A DNA stretch of 64,000 nucleotides, taken from Gammaproteobacteria bacterium. GTDB lineage: Bacteria; Pseudomonadota; Gammaproteobacteria; Ga0077536. The translations under genes and the position numbers were made by a program. The notes beneath the pieces were generated by a model that did not search any database, was not told where the DNA came from, and saw only the letters and a program-made list of their open reading frames with translations. Shown here piece by piece: positions 39,501-50,763 of the stretch; positions within the stretch are counted from its first letter, which is position 1; each line of letters starts with the position of its first letter. The DNA lies in the NCBI GenBank assembly GCA_963662545.2, contig CAXXLL010000002.1, positions 1,408,001 to 1,472,000 on the forward strand, read 5' to 3'.

Positions 39501-42500
39501 ACTAAGGCCGTGCCGGTATTCAAGGTCGCTTCTATGGAGCCGTTGGTGATCGACACATCACTGCCCGGCGTGTCGCTGAAGAGAGAATTGCCTATACCGC
39601 CGCCGCCACTCGGATCAACCACAATGATCTGACCGGCATCTACCCCGTTTACCGTGTCTGCATTCGAACTGAAAATGGCAAACTTGCCGCCGCCAACATC
39701 GATGATGCCATCAGACCCAATCTGATCGTTCGCAGTCGAGCCCACCACCGAGTTGGAAGCGCTTACCGCACCACTAGTGCCCGTTGTGCCGTCGCCCAAT
39801 GTCACGGCTCCACCTTGCGTTACGACACCATTCCAGAGATCACTTGTTACTACGTAATTGCCGTCACTCAAGGCGGTGATGGAGCCGCCCACCTGGTCGA
39901 ATGCGGTCGAGCCGACCAGTGAGTTGGCGGCTGTCACTGTGCCAACGGTACCGATGGCGCCATCGCCAAAAGTAACTGCACCGACTTGCACGACGCTAAC
40001 AGTTCCCCAGCTGGGACTCCTCACGACATAATTACCATTGGTCAGCGCGGTAACGTCTTCGGCGATTTGTCCGTTGGTAGTCACTAGTGAGTTGGCGGCA
40101 CTCACGGAGCCCACGGTACCACCCAATCCATTACCCCAAGTTGCTGCACCGAGACCCAATCCGCCGGATTGCCAGTCCGGGCTCGAGACGACAAAATTTC
40201 CATTGGTCAGTGCGATTACACCCAGGCCCGAAGCGCCGCCTGACCCTACCTGGTCACCCATCGTTGTGCCGACCAACGAGTTGGCGGCACTCACGGCACC
40301 GACCGTTCCACCCAGTCCATTGCCCCAGGTCACGGCACCGGCATCCACGATGGCACCGTTGTCCCAATCAGGACTCGGCACCGCATAATTACCATTGCTC
40401 AATGCGATCACGGGGTTACCGCTCAAACTAGTTTGGCCAACAAAGTCGTTCGCCGTTGAGCCTACTAAGGAATTGGCGGCACTCACGGCGCCTATGATGC
40501 CGGTGGTGCCATCCCCCCAGGTCACGGCACCGACATTACTTAAGGCGCCGTTGTCCCAGGCGGGACTTACCACCACATAATTGCCGTTACTCAGCACGGT
40601 AACGCCGCGCAACCCAACCAGGTTATTTGGCGTCGTGCCCACTAGCGAGTTGGCGGCACTCACGGCACCGGTGATGCCGACTGTGCCGTCCCCCCAAGTC
40701 ACTGCACCCGCGTTCGAAAGCGCACCGTTGTTCCATTGACTACTAACCACCACATAATTGCCATTGGTCAGTGCCACGGCGAAGCCAATCTGGTCATTGC
40801 CACTTGTCCCCACCAGTGAGTTGGCGATGGTCACGGTGCCCACGGTTCCGCCGAGTCCATTGCCCCAAGTTGCCGCACCGGCACCTAACAAACCGCCATT
40901 GTTCCAGGCGATACTCCCAACCACGTAATTGCCATTGCTCAGCGCGGTGATGCCGCCGCTGCTAACCTGGTCGAATGTGGTTGTGCCCACCAATGAGTTG
41001 ACGGCACTCACGGCGCCCACAGTACCGCCAAGCCCATTACCCCAGGTTGCCGCACCGACCCTGGCTACCGCACCATCGTTCCACTTGTGGCTCCCGACCA
41101 CGTAGTTGCCGTTGGATAATGCGACAAGCCGAGCGCCTATCTCGTCATCAGTCGTTGAACCGACCAGCGAATTGGCGGCACTCACGGTGCCAGCGGTGCC
41201 GGTGGCGCCATTACCCCAGGTCGCCGCACCCGCATTGGTCATGGCACCGTTGTCCCAGAATCTACTAAACGTCACATAATTGCCATTGGTCAGCGCGGTA
41301 ACAGATATGCCTATTAGGTCTCCTGCGGTTGTACCCACCAAGGAGTTGACGGCGCTGACGGCGCCATTGATGCCGGTCGTGCCATCTCCCCAAGTTGCCG
41401 CACCGGCATTTACTATGCCGCCGTTGTCCCAGACGCCGCTGCCAACTAGGTAATTGCCATTGGTCAGTGCGGTGATACTGTTACCCACATTGTCATCTGT
41501 CTGACTACCGGTCAGGGTAGCCAACAGCGCACCAGTATTCGGATTAAATAGATAAACCGCGCCGGCATTATTCGCCACAAAATCATCTAAGCGCTCAGCT
41601 ATCGCCAACATGCCTGAACCCAGCAAAACACCATCATCCCCACCAAATAAATCGGCTGCGTTTGGATCGGGATCGAGCAATACCGTCAATCCCAACCCGC
41701 TCGCCGGTCCATTGGTCAGCGTGATGGTTTTGGGGTCCAGCAACAGGGTGCCGGCATCGCCCTGGCTGGCGGATAAATCGACCAGCCCGTTATAAGCCAG
41801 GCCCAGTTTCCCCGACACCTCCGCCGTGCCGCCGTTGCCACTGTGTGCGCCACCGCTTGCGCTGATGGTGCCCGAGAAGCGCGTTTGGCCATCGGACCAG
41901 ACCACCACCGTACCACCATCGCCCGCGGCGACGGCATCGGCGTTTAATAATGTCGTGCCATTGACCTGGGTATTAGTGGCATTGATTACACCGGCCTCAT
42001 CACCTTTGAACCCGCCGCCGATTCGAATAGCACCGCCTTGATGTTGGCCGTTGACATCAACTTCCGCGGCAGCGAGTTTGACGTCTGTGCCGAGCAGTTC
42101 GACCCGACCGCCGGTTTGTCCCGTCGCGCTGTAAGTCCCGGAGCTAAACAGACCCTCTTCGGCGTATTGTTGAATCGTGCCGCCGTGGCCGGTGCTTGCG
42201 TCCGCGCTCACCTTGGCGCTGCGTGTTACCAATGCACGCTTGCTCGAATGGAGTGTGACCTTGCCGCCCCTATCCGCACCATTGACGTCGATGCGGCCGG
42301 TCATTAGCAACGCGTCAGATTCAATGACGACATCGCCGCCCGTTTTGCCCGCGGCGCGAATCTCGCCGAGAACGTACACCATGCCGTTGTTGTCAGATTG
42401 GCTATTGTGCGCCGTGATGGTGACCGTGCCGGCGTCAAGCTCATTCGATCCTGAAGCACTAATTATCGATCCTTGATGCAGGTGAATATCGTCGCTTGCC

Positions 42501-43276
42501 GCCAACACCACCCGGCCTTGCGTGTCGACGAAGACACTATCGGCATTGATGGCGCCGGAATGTTCGATCGTGCCGGCGAAAATGGCCGCTGCACCGCCGT
42601 TGGTGATCAACTCGCCCAGATTGACCACCGCATGCGCCGGTGCCTGCACCTCAAAAACGATATCGCCGGAATCTAAACTGGCGATGGTGAGTTTCTCTCC
42701 GGCAGCAAGAATCAGCCGGCCCCCATCGGTCTCAATGATGCCGCTGTTTTCGATATTCGGGGCGATTAAAAAGATCTCGCCATTAGCGCCGGCCTTGATA
42801 TAGCCCTGATTGGTGATTGCACCGCTTTGGGGGCTGCCCTCGAAGTGCAAATTACCTTTGATGAAATCCTGATCGGTCATATTCAGGCTTGAGGCGATGA
42901 GACCCGCGGTATCGACAACCGCATCGGGGCCGAACACGATGCCATTCGGATTGAGCAAAAATACGCGACCATTGGACAACAACTGCCCCATGATGTCTGA
43001 GGGATTTTGTCCGGCAACACGGTTCAAAATAGCGCTGGCAGCGGACTGTTGTATGAAACGGGTGGTTTCATTCAGATCGATGCTGAAGGATTGCCAGTTG
43101 ATGATCGCCCCGGGCGTGTTGGTAATGTTTAGGGTCTGCGCGTTCGGGTTAGCGAAATTGACTTGACCATTGACGATACTTGGCCCCTGGGGGTTGGCCC
43201 AGGCGATCTCACCGAGACATAACCCGAGTAGCACGCCGCCGCATTGATTAACCCATGTTTTTTTCATCACCCTCAT
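36595..43276 (-). pseudogene. TpsA / filamentous haemagglutinin-family exoprotein (~2227 aa if repaired), frameshift at ~38494
   Basis: Signal peptide AWA-NP, TPS domain (AIINWQSFSI, LNRV, NPNGIVFG), GGTAEVSG and GTLLLDP. Restoring 2 bp (GAC[AC]GTTT) joins ORFs 38387-43276 and 36595-38526. Confidence 0.88.
39700..41480 (-). repeat. Ten tandem ~58-aa intragenic repeats (DUF5650-like) in TpsA
   Basis: Consensus (I/V)xAL(T/S)NGNYVVxSxxWxNGxxxxAGAxTWGxGxxGxxGAVSAANSLVGxTxxDxxG, counted ten times. Confidence 0.88.
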
Positions 43277-44223
43277 CCTCGGTGCGCGGCCTGGTATCTC
43301 CGCTTATCATTCACTGAATGGTGCATTCGAATTCATCATCGAAGTTGTCACCCAGCAGATCGTAAAACGTCATGAAATCTTCATTGATGGTTTTGAAATA
43401 GGGATCGTCCAGTAATATCCGGGGGGGCGCTGCCAGGCGCACTAGCTTGCCATCGTCCTCACCCATCATGGCCGCTTCTCCATCCCCTAGATCGGTGTGC
43501 TGCCCATCATCGGTATCCACCGTCACATGTCCGTCGATGACATTGACGAACAGGCCGGGTTCGTAGCCGCTGAGCGGCACGGTTGCGAACAGGTTGGTAA
43601 AATCGATATCGATGGTATCGGGCCGCGGGGCCAGATCATCATCGATGAATGGTGGTGGCCCAGATACCGGTTGCGGCTCTGTATGGCGATTGCGTATAAA
43701 TACCGTGTTGCCTTCGTCCAGAGTCAATGGGCCATCGTCCAGTTCGACTACAATCTTGCCAGCCCAAACATGGGCGAATAGGCCATCGCCCTGGGGCAAG
43801 GCGGCCTGTGCCGGGGTAATGACCATATCGAGCAATCGCTGGAATGTCGGTATCTTAGTGACCGCGGTGAAGTCACCATCGACGCACGTCCCCTGGCAGA
43901 CGAGATCAAAACCCGTACCACGGATCCCGATGGTGGCAACCGTGGTAAGCACCTTGTAGGCCCGCCTGTTTCGTTTCCCGATAAGCCCAGTGAATGCGCG
44001 GATCCCGCCCCGCACAAGCTCAAAGACGGCATTGCCGTCATCCGGGCGCTGCGCATTGAACACGAGATTTTTTATGGAAAATTCCGTATTAGAGAGCAGC
44101 GTGAATCGGCCCTCATCTCTCAGCGCGAGCAACGCAAAACTGTGGGTTCCAGTAGCGAGTTTATCGCCTTCATATAGCGGCGCGCCTTTTACTGCTGGTC
44201 TTGTGCGCTGGTTAGTCCCGGTT

Positions 44224-45646
44224 CATAGGTTAGTTCTTAAGCGGCCGCATGAACATGCTGAAGGCCGAGCTTGAGTCGTCCCGAAATGCAATCGCGGTCA
44301 GGTTTTGCGCGCTGAGCGTTGCTGGCCAAATAGCGCAACGCGTGTTCGAGCGGTCGGTGTAAAGAGCGGGGCCGATGGATAAGCGTATGGAGAATGGGAC
44401 CGAGCACGTGATGAATGCACTTGGCCGCGGTATGAGTCGAGATGGCGACGTTCAACCAGCGCTCGGTGACATGAGCGCAATAGCGCTGCAGCGTTGCGGC
44501 GCATAGTGCGGCCCAGATAAGCCCTTCGGCGATGTGCGGGTTGGCGGTATCAAAGGCGTGTAGATTGGCGTAAGACTTCCACTCTTTGAATAGCAGCTCG
44601 ACCTGCCAGCGTAATCGATACGCGTCGCTAATATGCTCGGGCGTAAAGGTGGTGGCGTCGAGATTGGTGATGAGATAACGAGGTGCTGCACCTTTTTTAA
44701 GGTTGGGGTGCACGACTAAACGACAGGTCCAGGGTCCCTGCACGCCGTCGAATTGCACGGCCATGTCGAGGCAATCGAAGCGCTTTAAGGTCGATGCCAC
44801 CGCTTTCAATCGCTGCTTGTCAAAGCGTTTGACCCGCCGCCCATCGGCGCGACGAGCGGCAACGATCAGCGGATTGATACCTTGACCCGCGCGCACGATG
44901 AAATAGCCGCCGGCGGTGTCGAGCGCTTCAAAGTAAGGCCGCGCGAAGTAGCCACGGTCGGCCAGCAGCAAACCACCAGCGACCTCTTCAACGGCCGGCA
45001 AGAACTGCCGCTCTGCTGAGCTGTCAGGGCTGAGTACGACCTCGTTCAGGGTCTCACTGAGCAGGTCGAGATCGGCATGGAGCTCTACCGCGGCGGGACT
45101 CACGGTCGTGAAGCGACCGGGAAAGCTGTCCTTCAGCGCCGGTTTTAACGCAAACGAGGTGCCGTCCTGGATGCGGATGTGGTCAAACTGCGCAAATGGG
45201 CTGTTGGGTTCGAATCGGAGGACATCGCAGGCCAGGCCATTGAGCAATTCGCTTAGCAGCGCTTGCATAAACATCGGAAACTGTTTTTTGGCGAGCTGAT
45301 TATGAAACGGTTTGTAGCGCACCGTGGTCGAGCACAGCGCATTGAAAGCGCGTTGAATATCAGCGATACAGCTCGCTGAGTGCCCGGCGAAGCTTTCGAT
45401 TAGGCTTACCGCTAAACGGAACGGCGTGACCTCCCTTTCTCGGCGACAGAATCGCGTTGCACGCCCCAAGTCGTTGAGCGTACGCTCGCCTAGCGTGCGT
45501 TTTAACTGCCGGCTCACTGTGCTAATTTCGCTGTGCTTCATCCGATACTCCCAGATCACGAAGTCGATTGGTGTTGATTTCATGATCTGATCGGATGGAG
45601 CGCTTTTGGTTCCCTCTTTTCAACGGCTTATAAGATCCGACCTATG
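44224..45646 (-). mobile_element. IS4-family insertion sequence (1423 bp)
   Basis: Ends CATAGGTTAGTTCTTA / TAAGATCCGACCTATG; 10-bp TSD AGTCCCGGTT at 44214-44223 and 45647-45656. Confidence 0.93.
44237..45583 (-). CDS. IS4-family DDE transposase
   Basis: IQDGT, LADRGY, YRLRWQVELLFKEWKS (YREK motif). The start may be at 45541. Confidence 0.93.
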   Translation of the reverse strand: MKSTPIDFVIWEYRMKHSEISTVSRQLKRTLGERTLNDLGRATRFCRREREVTPFRLAVSLIESFAGHSASCIADIQRAFNALCSTTVRYKPFHNQLAKKQFPMFMQALLSELLNGLACDVLRFEPNSPFAQFDHIRIQDGTSFALKPALKDSFPGRFTTVSPAAVELHADLDLLSETLNEVVLSPDSSAERQFLPAVEEVAGGLLLADRGYFARPYFEALDTAGGYFIVRAGQGINPLIVAARRADGRRVKRFDKQRLKAVASTLKRFDCLDMAVQFDGVQGPWTCRLVVHPNLKKGAAPRYLITNLDATTFTPEHISDAYRLRWQVELLFKEWKSYANLHAFDTANPHIAEGLIWAALCAATLQRYCAHVTERWLNVAISTHTAAKCIHHVLGPILHTLIHRPRSLHRPLEHALRYLASNAQRAKPDRDCISGRLKLGLQHVHAAA

Positions 45647-46107
45647 AGTCCCGGTTATATTCAGCGTACCCTTCATCAACGCGACCCGCCCGACGACCCG
45701 GGAACGAGGTGTTGCTGCAGATGAATATTTCGCGGCTTCACGCTTACAGTCATCGCCGCACACCCGTAAATCAAACTTGGTGCCACGAATACCGATAGTT
45801 GCGACTCCGGCGCGTATCCTAAAGCCACTGGTATTGCGTTTGGAAATGAACCCGGTTAACGCGCGCAATCCCCCGCGGAACAGTCGCATCACGGCACGGT
45901 TTTTTTCGGGCTCGAATTCTTCGAATTTAAACATGGTGTTGGGTCGCAGAACCATCCGGGTGCCGTCTTCCAAATTGATGACGACAAAGCTTTTTTTGGC
46001 CGTGCTTAACGTGTCGCCTTCATAGAGCGGTGCGTCGGCGCCCAGTAACCGGATCGCGCCACCGAATTTCTGAGCCGTAACTGCGCCGCGGACAAACACG
46101 GTGTACC

Positions 46108-47447
46108 CTGAGGAATCCCCATAAAACCCCAACGAAATACAAAGCGATAGATTGATTTGTGGGTTCGTGGAACCTGCATGGCTCGAGTTGATCTCAGTTG
46201 TTGCAAGACAATCTGTGAACGACGAGGTGAGCCATGCAGGTATTGAAATTGTTACATGAAATGAGCAGCGAAGCGCTATACGGTGTGCATTTGGGTCGTC
46301 GACTCTCGGTTTGGGCGGCGGTCGGCGGTTTACTTCGGGGCCGACGTTTGTGGCTGACGCATATCGGTCGGAGCATAGACAGTGGCACGAGCGAGAAACA
46401 CGCGATTAAGCGCGTCGATCGCTTGCTGGGTAATCGTCAGCTCGGTGGTGAGCGTTTGCAGTGGTATCAATGGATAGCTCGGTTATTGGTATCGGACTGT
46501 GCGCATCCGGTGGTGTTGGTGGATTGGTCTAATCTGGATCAACGTCAAGAGCTCTATGTATTGCGGGCGGCCTTAGCGGTCGGTGGTCGAGCCATCCCCG
46601 TGTATGAAGAAGTCGAACACCATTACGCGAGTGTCAAAGCGGAGAAACGCTTTCTGAAGCGACTGAAGGCCATTCTGCCTGCGGGCTGTTGTCCGATCTT
46701 GGTCAGTGATGCAGGATTTCGGACGCCCTGGTTGAGTCTTGTGGCCTCAATGGGATGGTATTACGTGGGTCGCATCCGTCATCGTCACCTCGTGCGAGGT
46801 ATGGATGAGGCGGCATGGCATTCGAACAAAGTGCTCTACGGCCAAGCCAATGCTCGTCCGAAGTCACTGGGTCGTTTTTTGATCACGAAAAGTAATCCGC
46901 TGGACACCCATTTATTCGTTTACAAAGGTAAGAAACGCGGGCGTGTCTGCTATACGGCTTACGGCAAACCGGCGCGGGCTCGCAATACCGAGAAACCGTC
47001 GGCAGCGGCGCGTGAGCCGTGGTTATTGGCCAGCAATCTGCCGGACAACCTTCGTAGTGCGCATCGGGTAGTTGCCGTGTATCGTCGCCGCATGCAGATT
47101 GAAGAGAGCTTCCGCGACATGAAGTCGCCCCGTTACGGCTTTGCACTTAGAGAAAACATGGGACGTGATCCCGAGAGAGTGGCGAACTTACTCTTGCTGT
47201 GCGCATTGGCCACACTGGCCCAATGGTTGGTCGGCTTGGTCGGTTACCAAACAGGTTTAGTGAAAGGTTTACAGGCCAATACCGAAAGACGTAAGCCCGT
47301 CCTATCCGTGGTATTCGTTGGTGCTCGCCTCATTGCCAAGCAACTTCAAATCCAGCGCTCAACTTTATTACAGGCGCTCCGGGATCTACAGGCACGCGCC
47401 ATTGTGCAACTTGAATTTTGCTAGTCGAATTTGTGGGGATCCCTCAG
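46108..47447 (+). mobile_element. IS10-like element (IS4 family, 1340 bp)
   Basis: Ends CTGAGGAATCCCCA / TGGGGATCCCTCAG resemble IS10 ends; 9-bp TSD CGGTGTACC at 46099-46107 and 47448-47456. Confidence 0.93.
46234..47424 (+). CDS. IS10-like transposase
   Basis: IKRVDRLLGN, VLVDWS, SDAGFR, EPWLLASN, YRRRMQIEESFRDMKS. Confidence 0.93.
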   Translation: MQVLKLLHEMSSEALYGVHLGRRLSVWAAVGGLLRGRRLWLTHIGRSIDSGTSEKHAIKRVDRLLGNRQLGGERLQWYQWIARLLVSDCAHPVVLVDWSNLDQRQELYVLRAALAVGGRAIPVYEEVEHHYASVKAEKRFLKRLKAILPAGCCPILVSDAGFRTPWLSLVASMGWYYVGRIRHRHLVRGMDEAAWHSNKVLYGQANARPKSLGRFLITKSNPLDTHLFVYKGKKRGRVCYTAYGKPARARNTEKPSAAAREPWLLASNLPDNLRSAHRVVAVYRRRMQIEESFRDMKSPRYGFALRENMGRDPERVANLLLLCALATLAQWLVGLVGYQTGLVKGLQANTERRKPVLSVVFVGARLIAKQLQIQRSTLLQALRDLQARAIVQLEFC

Positions 47448-48547
47448 CGGTGTACCCCATTGAATCGTCCGCCTGTGCAATCTGTAAGGTGCCGGCGACA
47501 AGCAGCATGGCGGTGAGGAAACGTTTCATTGGGTACTCCTAGTACCTCACGAACAGATTAACGTGCCACCTGGAATCGCCGGCGTCCGCTGTTGTCCCAC
47601 GCAGGTGTGTTGCATCGTTGATAACATAACCATAATCAACCGCAAGATTGACGTTGTTGCGCCAGTTCCAGCGTATCCCGAGGCCCGAGCTAACGATGCT
47701 CTCGCTATCCGTTTCACCGGGCAGTGCGTTCTCCCGGTTCATATAGCCATAATCCATAAAACCAAGCACACGCAGGCTGCCGAGAACCTCAATTGGCGGT
47801 AACCAAATCTCGCCGCTAAGTCTCGCGCCACTATCACCTAAAACGGAGCGCTCATTAAAGCCGCGTACGGAGTTCATACCGCCTAATCCAAACTGCTCGC
47901 CCGGTATGAGGGGCTCATCGGCATATTGCCCCTCGAATACCCCGCGAAGAAGCCATTTGCGTGGCAGAAAATAATTGACATGGCCTGAGAGGTTCCAGCG
48001 ACGCCAGTCAGTGTCGGCACCAAATCGGTTGGCCACATATTGAGCCTCGGTATTTTTCTTGCCACCACCGATATTGGCATTGAAATAGGCGGCAAAGCCC
48101 ATCTGCGCCTTCGCGGTTTTGTATTTTGCTGTATACCCTACGCTCACCGGTCGGCTGCGAACATCGGCGGCCAGATTGGTGCCAATAAATAGGGCATCGT
48201 TCTCGAAAAACTTGTCAATTAGCCCGACACTGACCGCATGGCTGTAATTGCCATGTCTTAACAACAAGTGGGTAATGGTGCCGCCGAGAAACCGGCCTGC
48301 ACCACTGATGTCCAGCTCATTAATGGTGCCGACATCCACGTCCGAGCGCGAATAGAACAGATTGACGCTGCTCGCCCACCGATAGACCGGCACGGTGTAG
48401 CTGATTCCGTACTGTTTAACATCGTCGGGTTTTTGCTGCGAGGTCGTGTAGCTCACTACTGCGGTGTCATCAACTCCAAGCAAATTACTATGCTGGACGC
48501 CGCCCGTCACTCGCACGCGCCCGGTTTGGTGGGTGCCAATATTGTTG

Positions 48548-49933
48548 GAGTTATAACTGAATCTGGTGTTTGAGCGAGTTGAATAAAGGCGGCGTATCTG
48601 GTTGAAATGTTGTTACCAAGCAGCAAGCCAACCAAAGAGGATACGCCACCATGAGAGAGAGTAACGTTGTTGAATTATCAGGTCGAGAAGGAATACCAGA
48701 TCCGTTGACGGAGGTCTTGAGAAACGGTGCTCGGGCTCTGATTGAACGAGCGGTTGAAATCGAGCTGGCAGAATATATGGCGCAGTATTCAGGACATCGC
48801 ACGGCGGACGACAAAGCAGGTGTGGTTCGCAACGGCTATTTGCCGGAACGCCAGTTGCAGACGGGCTTGGGGCCGGTGACGGTGAGGATCCCGAAGGTTC
48901 GTTCGAAGCTCGGCGAGCCGGTGACCTTCCGTTCAGCGCTGGTGCCGCCGTATGTGCGCAAGACAAGAACCTTGGAGGCGGCCGTGCCGTGGCTGTATTT
49001 GAAGGGCGTTTCCAGTGGCGAAATGGGCGCTGCGCTGGAAGTTTTGTTGGGGCCGCAGGCGAAGGGCCTGTCGGCGAGCACCGTGTCGCGCTTGAAGCAG
49101 GTGTGGGCGCAAGAATACCGCGACTGGTGCGAGGGGCGATTGGACCAAGACCGCTGGGTGTAGGTGTGGGCGGACGGTGTCTACAGTGGCCTGCGGGCGG
49201 AGCACACGAAGCTGTGTGCGTTGGTGGTGATCGGCGTCAATGCGCGAGGCGAGAAGCGTTTTTTGGCGATGGAGGATGGTGTGCGGGAGTCCACGCAGAG
49301 CTGGCGCGAGGTGTTGCTGAAATTGAAGTCACGCGGGATGAATATTCCCAAGCTGGCGATCGGGGACGGTGCCATGGGCTTCTGGGCCGCACTGGAGGAA
49401 GTCTACGGTGAGACCCGCCAGCAACGCTGCTGGATGCACAAGACGATGAACGTGCTGAACTGCCTACCGAAGTCGGCACAGGCCAAAGCCAAGCAAGCCC
49501 TGCACGCGATCTGGCAGGCCGCGACAAAGGCCGACGCCGAGAAGGCGTTCGAGCTGTTCCTCAAGACCTATGAACCGAAGTATCCCAAGGCGACCCTGTG
49601 CCTACAGAAAGACCGTGAGGAGTTGCTGGTGTTCTATGATTTTCCGGCACCACATTGGCAAAGCATTCGCACGAGCAATCCGATTGAATCCACCTTCGCT
49701 ACGATCCGGCACCGGACCCGGCGCTCCAAGGGCGGTCTCTCTCGGGACGGCATGCTCCATATGATGTTCAAGCTGGGGCGGTGTGCGCAGAAGAATTGGC
49801 GACGCCTACGTGGATTCGACTACCTGGCCAAGGTGATTACTGGAGTTAAATTTGAAGATGGTATCGAGGTGACAAGGGTCAATCAGGTCGCCGCTTGATT
49901 CAACCGCCTGAACACCACTTTTGACAATAACTC
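48548..49933 (+). mobile_element. IS256-family element (1386 bp)
   Basis: Ends GAGTTATAACTGAATCTGGTGTT / AACACCACTTTTGACAATAACTC; 9-bp TSD ATATTGTTG at 48539-48547 and 49934-49942. Confidence 0.93.
48651..49898 (+). pseudogene. IS256 transposase with an in-frame TAG at 49161-49163
   Basis: RNGYLPER, LYLKGVS, WV*VWADG (expected WVYVWADG), IGDGAMGF, QRCWMHK, RTSNPIES. Confidence 0.9.
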
Positions 49934-50763
49934 ATATTGTTGAGGCCGCCGAACAACAACCACGGCTTCTGGTCCTCGACTCGAACTTCGGCATCGATAG
50001 TGTCAGCTTGGCTGCCGTTCTTGAGATTGATGACGTGTCGCCGGCTCGGATGTCTATTGGCTAAGGACAGCGCGCGTGCAATGTTACGCGTATTCGGCGG
50101 GCCGCTTTGTTGCAACGCCGGCAGAGAGCGGAGAATTGCTTCGTCGCTAAAGTGTTGATTTCCGATTACCCTGACATTGCCGAGCGTGAAGACGATAACC
50201 TTGAGATGCACGGCGCCAGCCGCCATCGTCTGTGGCGGGAGCGTGACGCGATGAAAGCTGTAACCGCTCTCGACATGGGCGGATTCCAGGGCGTTGGCGG
50301 CTTCAAGCAGGCGATCGAGGCCGGTGTGCTCGCCAATGAAAACACCCAGGATCCGTTCAGTATCAGCGACGCTTAATTGATTGTCGCCCTCAACGATAAA
50401 CTCGGAGACACTAAATGTAACGAGCGGTGGAGGCTCCTGGGAAAACACCACGATCGGCGCAAGCAGGCACCATACCGACAACTTGCGCAGCGTCCCTATG
50501 GCTCGGGTAATGATTGATCCCCTCGATCAAACTGATCGACTTTTCTTAAATTTAGTGGGTCTACGCGGAAACGTGTGGGTTGATATTGGCATTTCTGGGT
50601 AGTGGCGGAAGAAATGCCGCAATGATTTTCAGTTTGAGGAATTCCTCATCACGATAGCCATAGGCGCGTCGTTGCAGGACCCGGATTTTGTTGTTGACCC
50701 CTTCGACCAATCCAAGACTGACTTTATTCTTAGCATCACAATAGGAAGCAATGCCGTAACCGG

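Larger units (their letters stand above)
43311..47529 (-). pseudogene. Exported tandem FecR-domain protein (478 aa when both IS are removed)
   Basis: Starts MKRFLTAMLLVAGTLQIAQADD at 47529; two APLYEGD...TIGIRGT.F..C-x3-C modules. 4219 bp minus the two IS and their TSDs gives 1437 bp, in frame. Confidence 0.88.
47539..50481 (-). pseudogene. TpsB (ShlB/FhaC/HecB) outer-membrane transporter, interrupted by IS256 (515 aa if repaired)
   Basis: POTRA region (F.V.GDN, VTLPPQT), GGMNSVRGF motif, terminal aromatic residue (LFVRY). Removing the IS and TSD leaves 1548 bp, in frame. Confidence 0.9.

Noticed and set aside
36014-43276. TpsA plus small downstream ORF as a CDI toxin-immunity pair
   Set aside because: No VENN-type delimiter or toxin-like C-terminal domain; the tail is Pro-rich and acidic, and the downstream protein has a signal peptide.
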